Both the position numbers and the translations under genes were made by a program. The notes beneath the pieces are model-generated. The model ran no database searches and was not told the DNA's origin. It was given only the letters and a program-made list of their open reading frames with translations. A DNA stretch of 64,000 nucleotides, from positions 16,950 to 80,949 of the forward strand of contig CAZJBV010000003.1 in NCBI GenBank assembly GCA_964544585.1, in the 5' to 3' direction. This DNA comes from an uncultured Gammaproteobacteria bacterium (GTDB taxonomy: Bacteria; Patescibacteriota; Microgenomatia; 2-02-FULL-39-11). Positions 39,612 through 49,505 of this stretch are shown one piece after another (the first letter of the stretch is position 1; every line of letters begins with the position of its first letter).

Positions 39612-41405
39612 ATGATCATTTTGCTCATTTTTGCCTTCCTGTCAGGGTTAGTTACAATTCTTGCTCCCTGCATTTGGCCGCTTTTACCAATAATTCTTTC
39701 TTCATCTGCAACCGGAGGAAGGGAAAAATCATTTGGCATTACCCTCGGTATCATGATCAGCTTTGCCATTTTTACTCTGACCATTTCCTATTTGGTTTCG
39801 CTTTTTAATATCGATCCAGATTTTCTTCGCCTTTTTGCCGTCATCGTCATCGGTTTTTTAGGACTCTCATTAGTAATTCCCCGACTTTCGGGAGTTTTAG
39901 AAGTCTGGGTCAGTAAAATTAGTAGCAAAATTAATCCAACCTCGTCCCAACCAAGAAGCGGTTTCTGGGGAGGACTTATTACCGGAGTTTCTCTTGGCAT
40001 TGTCTGGACTCCCTGCGCCGGACCTATTCTCGCAACTATCGCCACTTTATCAGCCACCCAGGCCGTAAACCTTTCCCTTGTTTTAGTAACTATTGTCTAC
40101 GTCACAGGAATTGGAATTCCACTCTTTTTCTTCTCCTACGGAGGTTCACTCCTTATTACAAAATCAAGAATACTTTCTCCCTATCTTGGTCGCATCCAGC
40201 AAATATTTGGCATCATCATGATTGCCACCGCCCTCGCCATTTTTACCAACTACGACAAAGTCCTTCAGGCAAAACTCCTAGATAGCGTCCCGGCCTATGC
40301 AGATTTTCTGGTGAAACTCGAAAGTAATCAAGAAGTTAAAAAACAACTCGACGTTTTAAAAGGCAAAAAGGAAACAGACGATATGACCGGAAAAGCCTTA
40401 AATCCAATTTCCGAAATGGGGCAAAATTTGTTACCCAAATATGGTCAGGCTCCAGAATTTGTTGGAATTGTTAAATGGTTAAATTTACCAGAAGGAAACC
40501 TGCCTGCCGGCAGGCAGGAAGAATCATTGACTATGTCACAACTCAAAGGCAAAGTAGTTCTTATCGATTTCTGGACTTATACCTGCATAAATTGTATTAG
40601 AACCCTTCCATATGTCACTTCCTGGTACGAAAAATATAAAGACGATGGTCTAATCGTCGTCGGCGTCCATACACCCGAATTTGAATTTGAGAAGAAGACA
40701 GAAAATGTAGAAAACGCTATTAGACAATATAAAATCACTTACCCAGTAGCCCAAGATAACGATTATAAAACTTGGGATGCTTATTCCAATAGGTATTGGC
40801 CGGCCAAATATTTAATCGATAAAGATGGAATTCTCCGCTACTACCACTTCGGCGAAGGAAAATATGAAGAAACAGAAGAAGCAATTAGAACCTTATTAAA
40901 AGATTTAGGGAAAGATATAGAAAAACCAATGCTTGACTTAACAGACGAAACGCCCAAAACGCGAAACACTCCCGAATCATATTTAGGCTCAAAAAGAATG
41001 GAATTCTATTATCCGGGAAGATTTCTTAACAATGGAAAACACAATCTAACACTCCCGGAAAACTTACCCGAAAACACATTTAGTTTCGGTGGAGATTGGA
41101 CCATCAAAGACGAGTACGCTTATGCGGGAAAAAATGCAGTCCTTGAGTTAAACTTCAATGCCAATAAAGTATTTTTAGTAATTCGTCCATCAGAATCACA
41201 AAAAAATTCAACCATGAAAGTTTTATTCGATGGAAAAGTTGTCGATAAAAATAATGCCGGAGTCGATGTCAAAGTTGGAATCGTAACTATAGATTCCGAT
41301 CGGTTATACAATTTAGTTGATTTAAAAGGAAGCCCAAGTCGTCACATTTTACGCCTCGAATTTCAAACAGAAGGAATATCCATCTATGCTTTTACCTTTG
41401 GCTAA
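39612..41405 (+). CDS. CcdA/DsbD-like thiol-disulfide transporter fused to TlpA/ResA-like thioredoxin domain plus extra C-terminal domain
   Basis: CcdA Cys residues sit in LAPCIWPL and WTPCAGP across 6-8 TM helices. These are followed by the redoxin motif FWTYTCINCIRTLP and an uncharacterised domain of about 170 aa. Confidence 0.7.
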   Translation: MIILLIFAFLSGLVTILAPCIWPLLPIILSSSATGGREKSFGITLGIMISFAIFTLTISYLVSLFNIDPDFLRLFAVIVIGFLGLSLVIPRLSGVLEVWVSKISSKINPTSSQPRSGFWGGLITGVSLGIVWTPCAGPILATIATLSATQAVNLSLVLVTIVYVTGIGIPLFFFSYGGSLLITKSRILSPYLGRIQQIFGIIMIATALAIFTNYDKVLQAKLLDSVPAYADFLVKLESNQEVKKQLDVLKGKKETDDMTGKALNPISEMGQNLLPKYGQAPEFVGIVKWLNLPEGNLPAGRQEESLTMSQLKGKVVLIDFWTYTCINCIRTLPYVTSWYEKYKDDGLIVVGVHTPEFEFEKKTENVENAIRQYKITYPVAQDNDYKTWDAYSNRYWPAKYLIDKDGILRYYHFGEGKYEETEEAIRTLLKDLGKDIEKPMLDLTDETPKTRNTPESYLGSKRMEFYYPGRFLNNGKHNLTLPENLPENTFSFGGDWTIKDEYAYAGKNAVLELNFNANKVFLVIRPSESQKNSTMKVLFDGKVVDKNNAGVDVKVGIVTIDSDRLYNLVDLKGSPSRHILRLEFQTEGISIYAFTFG

Positions 41406-41410
41406 ATAAT

Positions 41411-41656
41411 TTAGTGGGCAATATTTTTTACTTTTTTAATCCTCTTAATTGTTTTAGCCCGTTCTATAGATTTATGTTGTAAAGCAATTAACTTATCTTT
41501 TCTCACCTGCAATTCCACATCCACAATCTTTTGACACTCACGATCTGGACAGACAGTCTCTGTATGAGTAATAAAAGAAATACCAGTATTCTCATTCCAA
41601 CTTTTAACCACAATCCGCATTTTCCCGCAACGAATGCATGGGGTAATATAAGACAC
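41411..41656 (-). CDS. small zinc-ribbon protein (CxxC...CxxxxC), hypothetical
   Basis: CIRCGK and CPDREC are present. It overlaps the upstream RRM gene stop by 1 nt. Confidence 0.4.
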   Translation of the reverse strand: MSYITPCIRCGKMRIVVKSWNENTGISFITHTETVCPDRECQKIVDVELQVRKDKLIALQHKSIERAKTIKRIKKVKNIAH

Positions 41657-41997
41657 TAAAATCTCCTCCCTCCACCGCCACCTCGTCTGTCTCCACCACC
41701 AAATCTTCCTCCACCTCCTGGACCTCCTCCTCTCCCACCGGTATAAGTCGGTTTCGGCAGCGCCTCTTTCACTACGATAGTCCGACCCTCAAGATTGTAT
41801 CCATTAAGTGCTGCAATTGCTTTTTGCGCTTCTTCCTCTGTACCCATCTCGACAAAACCAAAACCTCTACTTTGTCCTGTATATTTATCTTTGATAACTG
41901 CCACAGATACTATTTGTCCGTGTTGAGAAAAAAGTTGCCCCAATGCGTCTTCTGTCACAGAATAGGGAAGACTTCCTACAAAAAGATTCTTTGCCAT
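41656..41997 (-). CDS. RRM-domain RNA-binding protein with Gly/Arg-rich tail
   Basis: RNP2 is LFVGSL and RNP1 is RGFGFVEM. The C-terminus is GGRGGGPGGGGRFGGGDRRGGGGGRRF. Confidence 0.8.
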   Translation of the reverse strand: MAKNLFVGSLPYSVTEDALGQLFSQHGQIVSVAVIKDKYTGQSRGFGFVEMGTEEEAQKAIAALNGYNLEGRTIVVKEALPKPTYTGGRGGGPGGGGRFGGGDRRGGGGGRRF

Positions 41998-42358
41998 TTA
42001 ATAACTCCTTCTAGAAACACTTGACGAATATATAAGTCTAGTGTTTCTTGAACCCGCCTAAGATCGCTCTTCGAGCCGCGCTACGAATAGTAGGTAAGGC
42101 GAGAAGTAAGATCAGGCGGATAAAAACATTTAATAAAAATTAAATAAATAAAACTGCCTAAATGAGAAATTATTTGAAGAAGTTGAAAAGATATTCAAAG
42201 AAAATTTAGGAAATCTTTACTTACTAAAAACGAAAATCAAATTTAAACAGATTTACATATTCAAAATCTGTAAAACATATTATACCACATCCAACTCCCA
42301 AAGACAATGCAGTGATACTGCACGATTAATACGGTCCAAAAGGTTTATAATATAGATA

Positions 42359-43282
42359 ATGAAAAAACATAAAATTGTATTTTTGGATAAGCTGGCCATA
42401 CCTGAAAATCTTTTAAAAAAACTTGAAGATCGGGCTACTGTAATTCTCCCCAAACAATCATGGCCAAATGAAGAAGAAGTTATAAAATCAGCAAAAGATG
42501 CCACCATCCTCGTCAGCAAATGGGTCCATATTGGAGAAAAGATTTTGAGAAATGCTCCAAATCTTTCCTATGTCGTCATGGCTATGACTGGCTATCAAGA
42601 TTGGGTGGATATCAAAAAAGCGAGAGTTTACAACATAAAAGTCTCCAATGTGCCTGATTTTTCCACCGAGGCAGTGGCCGAACACGCAATTTTATTAATA
42701 CTTTCTGTCCTTCGCAGATTAAACTCTGCCCAAAGTACGCTAAAAAGGGGAGAGTTCGACCCTAAATTCTTCAAAGGAGTAGAACTTAAGGGAAAAACCC
42801 TGGGTATCATCGGTTTTGGCCATATCGGAAAAAGGATTGCAGAAATCGCCAAGGGTTTTGGCATGAAAATTGTCTACATCACTTCAAAGTCTTCGAGAAA
42901 TGACATGGAAAATTTATTAAAGAAATCCCAAATTCTTTCCATAAGTGTTCCCCTGACTCCCAAAACCCACCATCTAATTTCCGAAAAAGAACTATCCCTT
43001 CTTCCCAAAGGTGCGATAGTCATAAATACCGCCAGAGGCAAAGTCATCGATGAAAAAGCACTGATAAAATATTTAAAAAGCGGACATCTAGCTGGAGCTG
43101 GACTCGATGTTTTTGATAAAGAGCCGCCCGATAAATATAATCCCTTATTTTCATTACCAAACGTCGTCGTCACCCCTCATATTGCCTGGAATACAAAAGA
43201 ATCCCAGGAAAGACTAGCAGAAGGAATAGTCAAAAACATAGAATCATATCTCAAAGGCAATCCCATAAACATCGTTACCTGA
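42359..43282 (+). CDS. D-isomer-specific 2-hydroxyacid dehydrogenase
   Basis: The NAD motif GIIGFGHIGKRIA and the catalytic R/E/H pattern (TARG, HIAW) are present. Confidence 0.75.
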   Translation: MKKHKIVFLDKLAIPENLLKKLEDRATVILPKQSWPNEEEVIKSAKDATILVSKWVHIGEKILRNAPNLSYVVMAMTGYQDWVDIKKARVYNIKVSNVPDFSTEAVAEHAILLILSVLRRLNSAQSTLKRGEFDPKFFKGVELKGKTLGIIGFGHIGKRIAEIAKGFGMKIVYITSKSSRNDMENLLKKSQILSISVPLTPKTHHLISEKELSLLPKGAIVINTARGKVIDEKALIKYLKSGHLAGAGLDVFDKEPPDKYNPLFSLPNVVVTPHIAWNTKESQERLAEGIVKNIESYLKGNPINIVT

Positions 43283-43420
43283 AAATTAGTATATGTCTAA
43301 ATTCACCCTATTGGGGGACTGCTTGTACTGAGCTTGCCGAAGTAAAAGAAATTAGAATTTTATTTATCTAGTAATATTATCTTATTAGAGTAATAATAGT
43401 ATTAACTCGGATTAAGTAGT

Positions 43421-44386
43421 TTGCTTTGTATGTCAGACTTATTTTCAGAACAAAAACTAGCGGATGTCAATTTCCAAGCAAAAGTAAAAAATAGTTTGAC
43501 GACAAGATTACATTTAGGAAGAGCCTTAAACGATCAAGACAAAGCAAATTTTTTAGATGAAGCAGTAGGTGAAGCCAGAAGAACAATCATAGATCCTCCA
43601 CAACGCAAAATGGAAACATCCGATGCAGAATTCTTTAATGCGGTATTAAAAGAGACAAGGGATAAACTTGGAGAAATCGGCATAGATAGTCCTGATCAGT
43701 TACTACCAAGTCCCGACCAAATCATCGTATGGGATAAAAATATTGAGGATGGAACAGATACCCATGGAGATGTGAGTGCTTATGGAGGATATGTCAACTT
43801 AAAGATAGTAAAAGATTTACCAGTGAACTCTCCGGATGCGAAAAGAGTTCTGATCCATGAGCTTTCGCACTATATAACCCAGAGTACAGTTGTGAAAGAC
43901 GCTTATGGTGATATTAAAGTGAACCGAAGAGGATTTAATAGAATAGAGAACGACCATAAAAAATATGGAGTGATTGAAGAGTCAACAGCAGAATTATTTA
44001 CACTATTTTGCACCGACGGTATAAATCCAACGTCATATTCAAAACAAGTACCTTTTATGATGGCTTTAATAAATAAGTATGCGGGGGATAGACAAATGAG
44101 CGAATTAGAATTTTTCAAGAAATTATTCAAGGCAAAAGTATTTCAAGACGAAAGAGAGCTTTTACAACTTCTTGATCCTAAAATAGTAAAACAAATAAAT
44201 AATATAAGAGTGAAAGAAGCCGGATGGGGTATATCTGATCCTTCGCAATTAACACAAATCGCACAGGAAAATGGGTTTGGAGAAAAATATCTATCTCTTC
44301 AAAATGCAATAGATACTGGAGAAGTTATACATTTCCCTGGTCTTAATGGTGGAATAAAAAAAGGACCTGTCCAAAGTGATAAATGA
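43421..44386 (+). CDS. hypothetical protein with HExxH zinc-metallopeptidase-like motif
   Basis: LIHELSHYIT is followed about 40 aa later by EESTAE. Confidence 0.35.
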   Translation: MLCMSDLFSEQKLADVNFQAKVKNSLTTRLHLGRALNDQDKANFLDEAVGEARRTIIDPPQRKMETSDAEFFNAVLKETRDKLGEIGIDSPDQLLPSPDQIIVWDKNIEDGTDTHGDVSAYGGYVNLKIVKDLPVNSPDAKRVLIHELSHYITQSTVVKDAYGDIKVNRRGFNRIENDHKKYGVIEESTAELFTLFCTDGINPTSYSKQVPFMMALINKYAGDRQMSELEFFKKLFKAKVFQDERELLQLLDPKIVKQINNIRVKEAGWGISDPSQLTQIAQENGFGEKYLSLQNAIDTGEVIHFPGLNGGIKKGPVQSDK

Positions 44387-44431
44387 GTCTCTTGAAGTAA
44401 AAAATAGCGCCTTGTGAAGGTCTATATAGAC

Positions 44432-44463
44432 CTATGTTGCGGGCACTGAAACAAATCAGAACC
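44432..44463. repeat. 32-nt motif copy 1 (TATGTTGCGGGCACTGAAACAAATCAGAACCT)
   Basis: It matches 44830-44861 at 30/32 positions. Each copy is preceded by a perfect hairpin. Confidence 0.7.
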
Positions 44464-44509
44464 TTTTTTGGATACTCTCACGCTAATTTATGAGGTATGA
44501 AGAAATGGT

Positions 44510-44725
44510 TTATCGAGAAAAAACAAAAAGAATTATACTTATAAGAATAGTGATTACGCCAATTGCAAAGAATTTTTTACCCTCTTTTACAGCGGCTTCT
44601 CCTGTGATTAATTTATTGCGATTTAACGGTAGAAATTTAACTCGTTTTTCTTGTATCGTTTTGTAGCCAGCAAAAACAAGATATAAACCACAAATCAATA
44701 TCGCAATAGGAAGGAGGTTGTTCAT
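44510..44725 (-). CDS. small two-TM membrane protein
   Basis: The 71-aa product is hydrophobic at both ends. It is bracketed by two copies of a 32-nt direct repeat. Confidence 0.35.
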   Translation of the reverse strand: MNNLLPIAILICGLYLVFAGYKTIQEKRVKFLPLNRNKLITGEAAVKEGKKFFAIGVITILISIILFVFSR

Positions 44726-44802
44726 ATTAAAAGTATTATATCAGATAGTGAATTTAATTAAGGACGAAAAATAACAGAATTAAGTTTCTCAAAATAAAAA
44801 AA

Positions 44803-44830
44803 CAGAGCCTTAGAAGGCTCTGTTTATCGT
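44803..44830 (-). terminator. bidirectional hairpin; strong intrinsic terminator on the minus strand
   Basis: On the plus strand the hairpin CAGAGCC-TTAGAA-GGCTCTG is followed by TTTAT. On the minus strand its complement is followed by TTTTTTTATTTT. Confidence 0.5.
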
Positions 44831-44861
44831 ATGTTGCGGGGACTGAAAGAAATCAGAACCT
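44830..44861. repeat. 32-nt motif copy 2 (TATGTTGCGGGGACTGAAAGAAATCAGAACCT)
   Basis: Direct repeat of 44432-44463. It contains an internal CTGA-N6-TCAG mini-hairpin. Confidence 0.7.
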
Positions 44862-44879
44862 GTTAGCTTGAGTTCCAAG

Positions 44880-45175
44880 GAAAAAATTAGTATAATATAA
44901 AGAGTAAAATTATACCGCGGGGTAGTGTACAGCCGCACAGGAGGCTCAATTTTTGGGCTCCCCGATGAAAATCGGGGTTAACTTAGCTATATCGGTAGAT
45001 TCCTAATACGGGAGAATACCGAGGCAACCTTTTTTAAAGGAAGTCCGTAGAGACTATACGCTAAGTTACAAGCAGTTCCCATGCTTGTAAAAGATATAGT
45101 CCGACACTCCAAGTAATTGGAGAGTACAGATCGCATAATCTCCTAGACCAGGTGCGACTCCTGGCTCCGCAACAA
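44880..45175. ncRNA. candidate structured RNA region (identity and strand unknown)
   Basis: No ORF longer than 13 aa is present. Hairpins include CCCCGAU-GAAA-AUCGGGG and UUACAAGCAG-UUCCC-AUGCUUGUAA. GTTGCGGGG (44832) can pair with CTCCGCAAC (45161). Confidence 0.3.
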
Positions 45176-45199
45176 AGTTCCTTAGAAGAGAGGCTAATT

Positions 45200-45427
45200 A
45201 TGACTAAAAATCTGTCTTATCTTATCGATTTAACTTATGATAAAGACTACAAAGGCTATGTTGCAGATGTAGTAAATCTTTATGGCTGTATGAGTCAGGG
45301 AAAAACTAAGAAAGAGGCATTAGCAAATGCAAAAAATGCAATTAAAGCTTATATGGAAGCAATTGAAAAGAAGAAATCACTTGAACAAGAAGTAGTAAAT
45401 GTCCCCATTCAATTTGCCTCTGCATAA
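45200..45427 (+). CDS. HicB-like (UPF0150) antitoxin-family protein, apparently orphan
   Basis: The internal ATG at 45200 gives a product containing YKGYVADVVNLYGCMSQGKTKKEALANAKNAIKAYMEAIEKK. No hicA-sized ORF is adjacent. Confidence 0.55.
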   Translation: MTKNLSYLIDLTYDKDYKGYVADVVNLYGCMSQGKTKKEALANAKNAIKAYMEAIEKKKSLEQEVVNVPIQFASA

Positions 45428-45490
45428 CTTCTTCGAAAGTAATTACATCATTGTTATCCTTTGATTTATCTATGCTATGCTTAAAATCGT

Positions 45491-46309
45491 ATGAATTATC
45501 GAAAGATTGATAATTGGCGAGAATATAAAGAACTTTCTGGTTTAAAAGATTTGCCAGATGCTCCAAAAGAAATCTACTATTTAGGAAATTGGAATCCAAA
45601 AATTTTTACAAACTGTGTCGCCATCGTCGGTAGTCGCAGAATGACAGAATATGGCCGGCGCGTAATTGAAAAAATAGTTCCCCAATTGGTTTTTGAGAAA
45701 AAGACAATTATCTCCGGATTTATGTATGGAGTGGATCAATATGCTCATCAAGTTTGTATAGAAAATAATGGCAAAACAATTGCCGTACTGGGATGGGGAA
45801 TTAATATTAAGCTTGAGGGAAATGATCGAAAACTCGCCGAAAAAATTATTAACTCCGGTGGACTCCTTCTATCTGAATGGGAAGATCAAAAAGGTAATCT
45901 TTGGACATTTCCCAAAAGAAATAGAATCATTGCCGCCCTTAGTCATGAAGTAATTATTATCGAAGCCGCGGTAAAAAGCGGCTCCCTCATTACCGCCAAT
46001 CTTGCCGGCAAACTAAAACGCACCCTTTGGGCAGTTCCCGGACCAATAACCAGTCCTACCTCTTTTGGCACAAATTCCCTTATTGCCCAAAATCAGGCCA
46101 TGATGTGGCTTGGGGGAAACCCGTCCAAACCAGCTCTTTCAAAAGATCCCCTATTAAATATGCTTCAAAGTGAGTCACTGACAACAAATGAAATTGCCAG
46201 AAAACTAAACCAATCTGTCGTCCAAACAGGCGCCCAACTATCGCTCCTTACCCTGTCCGGCCAAATAGTTGAAAAAGGAGGGAAGTATTATTTAAATTAT
46301 GTTGACTAA
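45491..46309 (+). CDS. dprA: DNA-processing protein DprA (Smf)
   Basis: The Rossmann-like DprA core contains IVGSRRMTEYG and SGSLITA. Confidence 0.8.
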   Translation: MNYRKIDNWREYKELSGLKDLPDAPKEIYYLGNWNPKIFTNCVAIVGSRRMTEYGRRVIEKIVPQLVFEKKTIISGFMYGVDQYAHQVCIENNGKTIAVLGWGINIKLEGNDRKLAEKIINSGGLLLSEWEDQKGNLWTFPKRNRIIAALSHEVIIIEAAVKSGSLITANLAGKLKRTLWAVPGPITSPTSFGTNSLIAQNQAMMWLGGNPSKPALSKDPLLNMLQSESLTTNEIARKLNQSVVQTGAQLSLLTLSGQIVEKGGKYYLNYVD

Positions 46310-47840
46310 AGTAAGTTCCGTTGCCAATATTGGACTTGAGACAATACCCATAGATGTTGAAGTTGATGTAGCCCAGGCCGGATTTCCTGGGTTTACCATC
46401 GTAGGACTTGCAAGTAAAGCAGTCGAGGAAGCCAGAGAGCGGGTAAAAACCGCCATCATCAATTCCGGTTTTGATTTTCCTCCCAAAAAAATAACCGTTA
46501 ATCTTGCCCCTGCTGATATCCCTAAAGATGGAGCAGCCTACGATCTGCCTATTGCCATAGGCATACTCCTCTCCAGCGGTCAGCTAACAATGGATGATTC
46601 AATTAATTTGGGAAAATCACTATTCTACGGCGAACTTTCACTGGACGGCACATTAAGACCTACTCGCGGAATTCTTCTTCTTGCCCTTTTTGCCAAAGAA
46701 AAATCATTTTCCACCATCTTCGTTCCAGAGATTTCGGCAGGTGAAGCCAGAGTCGTACCAGGTATAAATATAATGCCCTTAAAAACTTTGACCCAATTGG
46801 TAAACCACTTATCTGGAAAAACCACAGTTATTTCATTGGAGCATACCTCAATCAAAGATTCAATCGATGAAGTTTTGGCAGAATTTGATCTAAAAGATAT
46901 TGCCGGACAAGAACAAGCAAAAAGAGCTCTCATTATTGCTGCTGCCGGAGGGCACAATGTCCTCATGTGGGGACCGCCCGGAACAGGAAAAACCATGCTC
47001 GCCCGCTCACTCCCAGGTATACTTCCGCCGTTAACTCCAGAAGAGGCTCTCGAGGTGACCCGAATTTATTCTATCGCCGGACTTCTTTCCTCTGGAGAAT
47101 CTCTCATGAAAAAGCGTCCTTTTCGATCGCCACACCATGGTGTCTCTGCCGCAGGACTAATCGGAGGAGGAAGTAATCCCCTTCCTGGTGAAGTAAGTCT
47201 CTCCCACTTAGGCGTTTTATTCCTCGACGAAATGCCCGAATTTCAAAGGGGAGTTCTTGAAAGTCTCAGGCAACCCATGGAAGATGGTTTTATAGAAATT
47301 GTCCGAGTGTCAGGACACGTTCGCTATCCGGCAAGTTTTACATTAATCTCAGCAGTCAATCCCTGTCCCTGCGGCTATTTAGGTCATCCCAAAAAAGAAT
47401 GTAAATGTACTGAAAAACAAATTGCCAAATACAATCACAGGATCTCCGGACCTATTCTCGATAGGATAGATTTATATGTTTTAGTTTCCGTCATTGAAGC
47501 CGAAAAACTCTCCATCAATAGACCGAAAAGTAAAGATAACATCACCTCAAAACAAGCAAAAGACCTAGTATTAAAAACACGAAGAATCCAATACAAACGT
47601 TTTATGGGAATTTCAATATATACCAATTCTCAAATGAGAAATAAGGAAGTTAAAGAGTATTGTGAATTAACCCCTGAAGCAGAAAATCTTCTTAAATTGG
47701 CCTCAGATAAATATAATTTTTCCGCCAGAAGCTACTATCGCCTTATTAAAGTCTCCCGGACAATAGCAGACCTCGAAGGATCTAAAAAAATCTTTCCAAT
47801 CCACATGGCCGAAGCTCTTCAATACAAACAGCATATATGA
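46299..47840 (+). CDS. comM: YifB/ComM family Mg-chelatase-like AAA+ ATPase
   Basis: It has a Lon-like N-domain, a Walker A GPPGTGKT, and a Cys4 zinc motif CPCGYLGHPKKECKC. Confidence 0.8.
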   Translation: MLTKVSSVANIGLETIPIDVEVDVAQAGFPGFTIVGLASKAVEEARERVKTAIINSGFDFPPKKITVNLAPADIPKDGAAYDLPIAIGILLSSGQLTMDDSINLGKSLFYGELSLDGTLRPTRGILLLALFAKEKSFSTIFVPEISAGEARVVPGINIMPLKTLTQLVNHLSGKTTVISLEHTSIKDSIDEVLAEFDLKDIAGQEQAKRALIIAAAGGHNVLMWGPPGTGKTMLARSLPGILPPLTPEEALEVTRIYSIAGLLSSGESLMKKRPFRSPHHGVSAAGLIGGGSNPLPGEVSLSHLGVLFLDEMPEFQRGVLESLRQPMEDGFIEIVRVSGHVRYPASFTLISAVNPCPCGYLGHPKKECKCTEKQIAKYNHRISGPILDRIDLYVLVSVIEAEKLSINRPKSKDNITSKQAKDLVLKTRRIQYKRFMGISIYTNSQMRNKEVKEYCELTPEAENLLKLASDKYNFSARSYYRLIKVSRTIADLEGSKKIFPIHMAEALQYKQHI

Positions 47841-48190
47841 AAAAGTTCAATAGACAAACAGGACTTCTTGCAGAAAAATTTGCTGCCGACGCATTAAAGG
47901 AAAAAGGATATCAAATTCTTGCTCAAAATTTTTCCAATAGATACGGAGAAATAGATATCATCGCTAAAGATAAAAATGTTTTAGTCTTTGTCGAAGTCAA
48001 AGCAAAAATTGGTACCGACTTCGGCATTCCAGAAGAAATGATAAACCCCAGCAAATTACAGCGCATCCGCAATATGGGCTTGATCTATATGAAAGATAAA
48101 TCTCTTCCTTGTAGGATTGACGTTGTTGCGGTAATTCTCAGTGAGTCAAATACACTCATTCGCCTGACTCATTATGAAAATGTCTACTAA
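47837..48190 (+). CDS. yraN: YraN-family (UPF0102) endonuclease
   Basis: PD-(D/E)xK-like motifs EIDII and VEVKAK are present. It follows comM, as in many genomes. Confidence 0.7.
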   Translation: MKKFNRQTGLLAEKFAADALKEKGYQILAQNFSNRYGEIDIIAKDKNVLVFVEVKAKIGTDFGIPEEMINPSKLQRIRNMGLIYMKDKSLPCRIDVVAVILSESNTLIRLTHYENVY

Positions 48191-49496
48191 AATAATTATT
48201 CTCCTTATACTAATCCAATCCTTTCTTCTTTATTCCACTAAAACCATCCTCTTTCCCGAAATGTATTTTTTACCCTGGCTCGTTTCAAAAGGCTTAATCC
48301 CTTATAGAGACTTTTTCGATCATCATGGATTTCTTACTTATTATCTGCTTGGCCCTTTTGCTTCCACAGGAAATTTTGAAGCACTCAAATTAGTTTATAT
48401 AACAGTTCTTGCCATTAATTTAACTTTATTCCTTCTCATTCTCAAAAAGACTGCCTCAAAATGGGGACTTATCACTGGAGGAATTCTTTATGTCTTAATC
48501 AATTTTTACGTCGGAGAAAATATTTTATGGTACGAATCTTTTATCACAACATTATTTCTTCTGGGTTATTATTTTATTCTGAATAATCATAAAATTTATC
48601 TCTATCTCACTGGAGCAAGTATTGCCCTGGCTACACTCATAAAACCCACAGCGGGAATAACAATTCTTCCTCTTCTCTTTAATAAAATGAAAAAAGAAAT
48701 ATTCTTTGGCTGGATAATTATTTTAATTGGCGCATTTCTATTTCTCTTAAATAGTAATAGTTTTAGTCAATTTGTAATAGGCGTCATAAATTACAATACT
48801 TTTTTATCCTCATATTTCCATCCTTCATTTCTAATCCCCTGGAAATTCTATTTTCTTTCGGCCGGAATAATTATTGGAAGTATCGCAATTTTATACAAAG
48901 AAAAAAAGCATAAATATATTTATCTATCATTAATTTTTCTCACAGGCGCAGTATTCTCCTTAAAAACTGGCTTAGGTGGAGACAAACTAATTCTTCCAGC
49001 AACATTTTTTACAATTCTCATCGGACAGGCTGTTTCAGATAAAAAAAATGCTCTCAGCAAAATTTTTATTGTTATAGTATTTTTCTACATATCGATTCTT
49101 ACTATAAAGAGCATAGGAAAATATGATGAATTTAAAAATACCCGCATTCCCTGGCAAGAAGAGCTTCCCATAAAACAAACCGAAAAAGAAATAGTAGAAA
49201 AAATAAAACCAGGAGAAAATTTATACGTTTTCAGCAATCACGCAGAATTGTATATGAAACTAAATACTCTCCCCAAAACTTATTTCCCGCTTTTTTTCCC
49301 CGGTTTTAAACACTATTTTCCAGATCTGGAAAAAAAAATAATAGAGGAGCTGAAACAAAATAAGATTAAATATATAATAATCCCAAAGCAGTCAGACAAA
49401 GAGCAGCTCCAGATGAAAAAAGTTCTTCAGTTTGTAGAAAAGGAGTATAGAATAGAAACAGAAACTGATACCTATAAACTCTTGAAAAGAATATAA
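48174..49496 (+). CDS. polytopic membrane protein, putative GT-C glycosyltransferase
   Basis: At least 10 TM helices are predicted. The call is from architecture only. Confidence 0.3.
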   Translation: MKMSTKIIILLILIQSFLLYSTKTILFPEMYFLPWLVSKGLIPYRDFFDHHGFLTYYLLGPFASTGNFEALKLVYITVLAINLTLFLLILKKTASKWGLITGGILYVLINFYVGENILWYESFITTLFLLGYYFILNNHKIYLYLTGASIALATLIKPTAGITILPLLFNKMKKEIFFGWIIILIGAFLFLLNSNSFSQFVIGVINYNTFLSSYFHPSFLIPWKFYFLSAGIIIGSIAILYKEKKHKYIYLSLIFLTGAVFSLKTGLGGDKLILPATFFTILIGQAVSDKKNALSKIFIVIVFFYISILTIKSIGKYDEFKNTRIPWQEELPIKQTEKEIVEKIKPGENLYVFSNHAELYMKLNTLPKTYFPLFFPGFKHYFPDLEKKIIEELKQNKIKYIIIPKQSDKEQLQMKKVLQFVEKEYRIETETDTYKLLKRI

Positions 49497-49505
49497 TGAA
49501 TTAGT

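Noticed and set aside
41998-42358. Long 5' region upstream of the RRM protein gene with an AGAAACAC...GTGTTTCT hairpin
   Set aside because: A regulatory 5' UTR is plausible, but a single hairpin is insufficient to call an element.
44886-44900. TAGTATAAT as a promoter for a plus-strand RNA
   Set aside because: TATAAT-like words are frequent by chance in this AT-rich genome and no -35 is present. The strand of the putative RNA is unresolved.
44880-45175. Possible RNase P RNA (AGGAAGUCCG and ACAGAUCGCAUAA resemble the two P4 strands)
   Set aside because: The two P4-like strands are only about 80 nt apart, and the 5' strand lies more than 200 nt from the putative P1. The 3' strand also lacks the CCGG needed to pair with GUCCG. 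The topology does not fit bacterial RNase P RNA.
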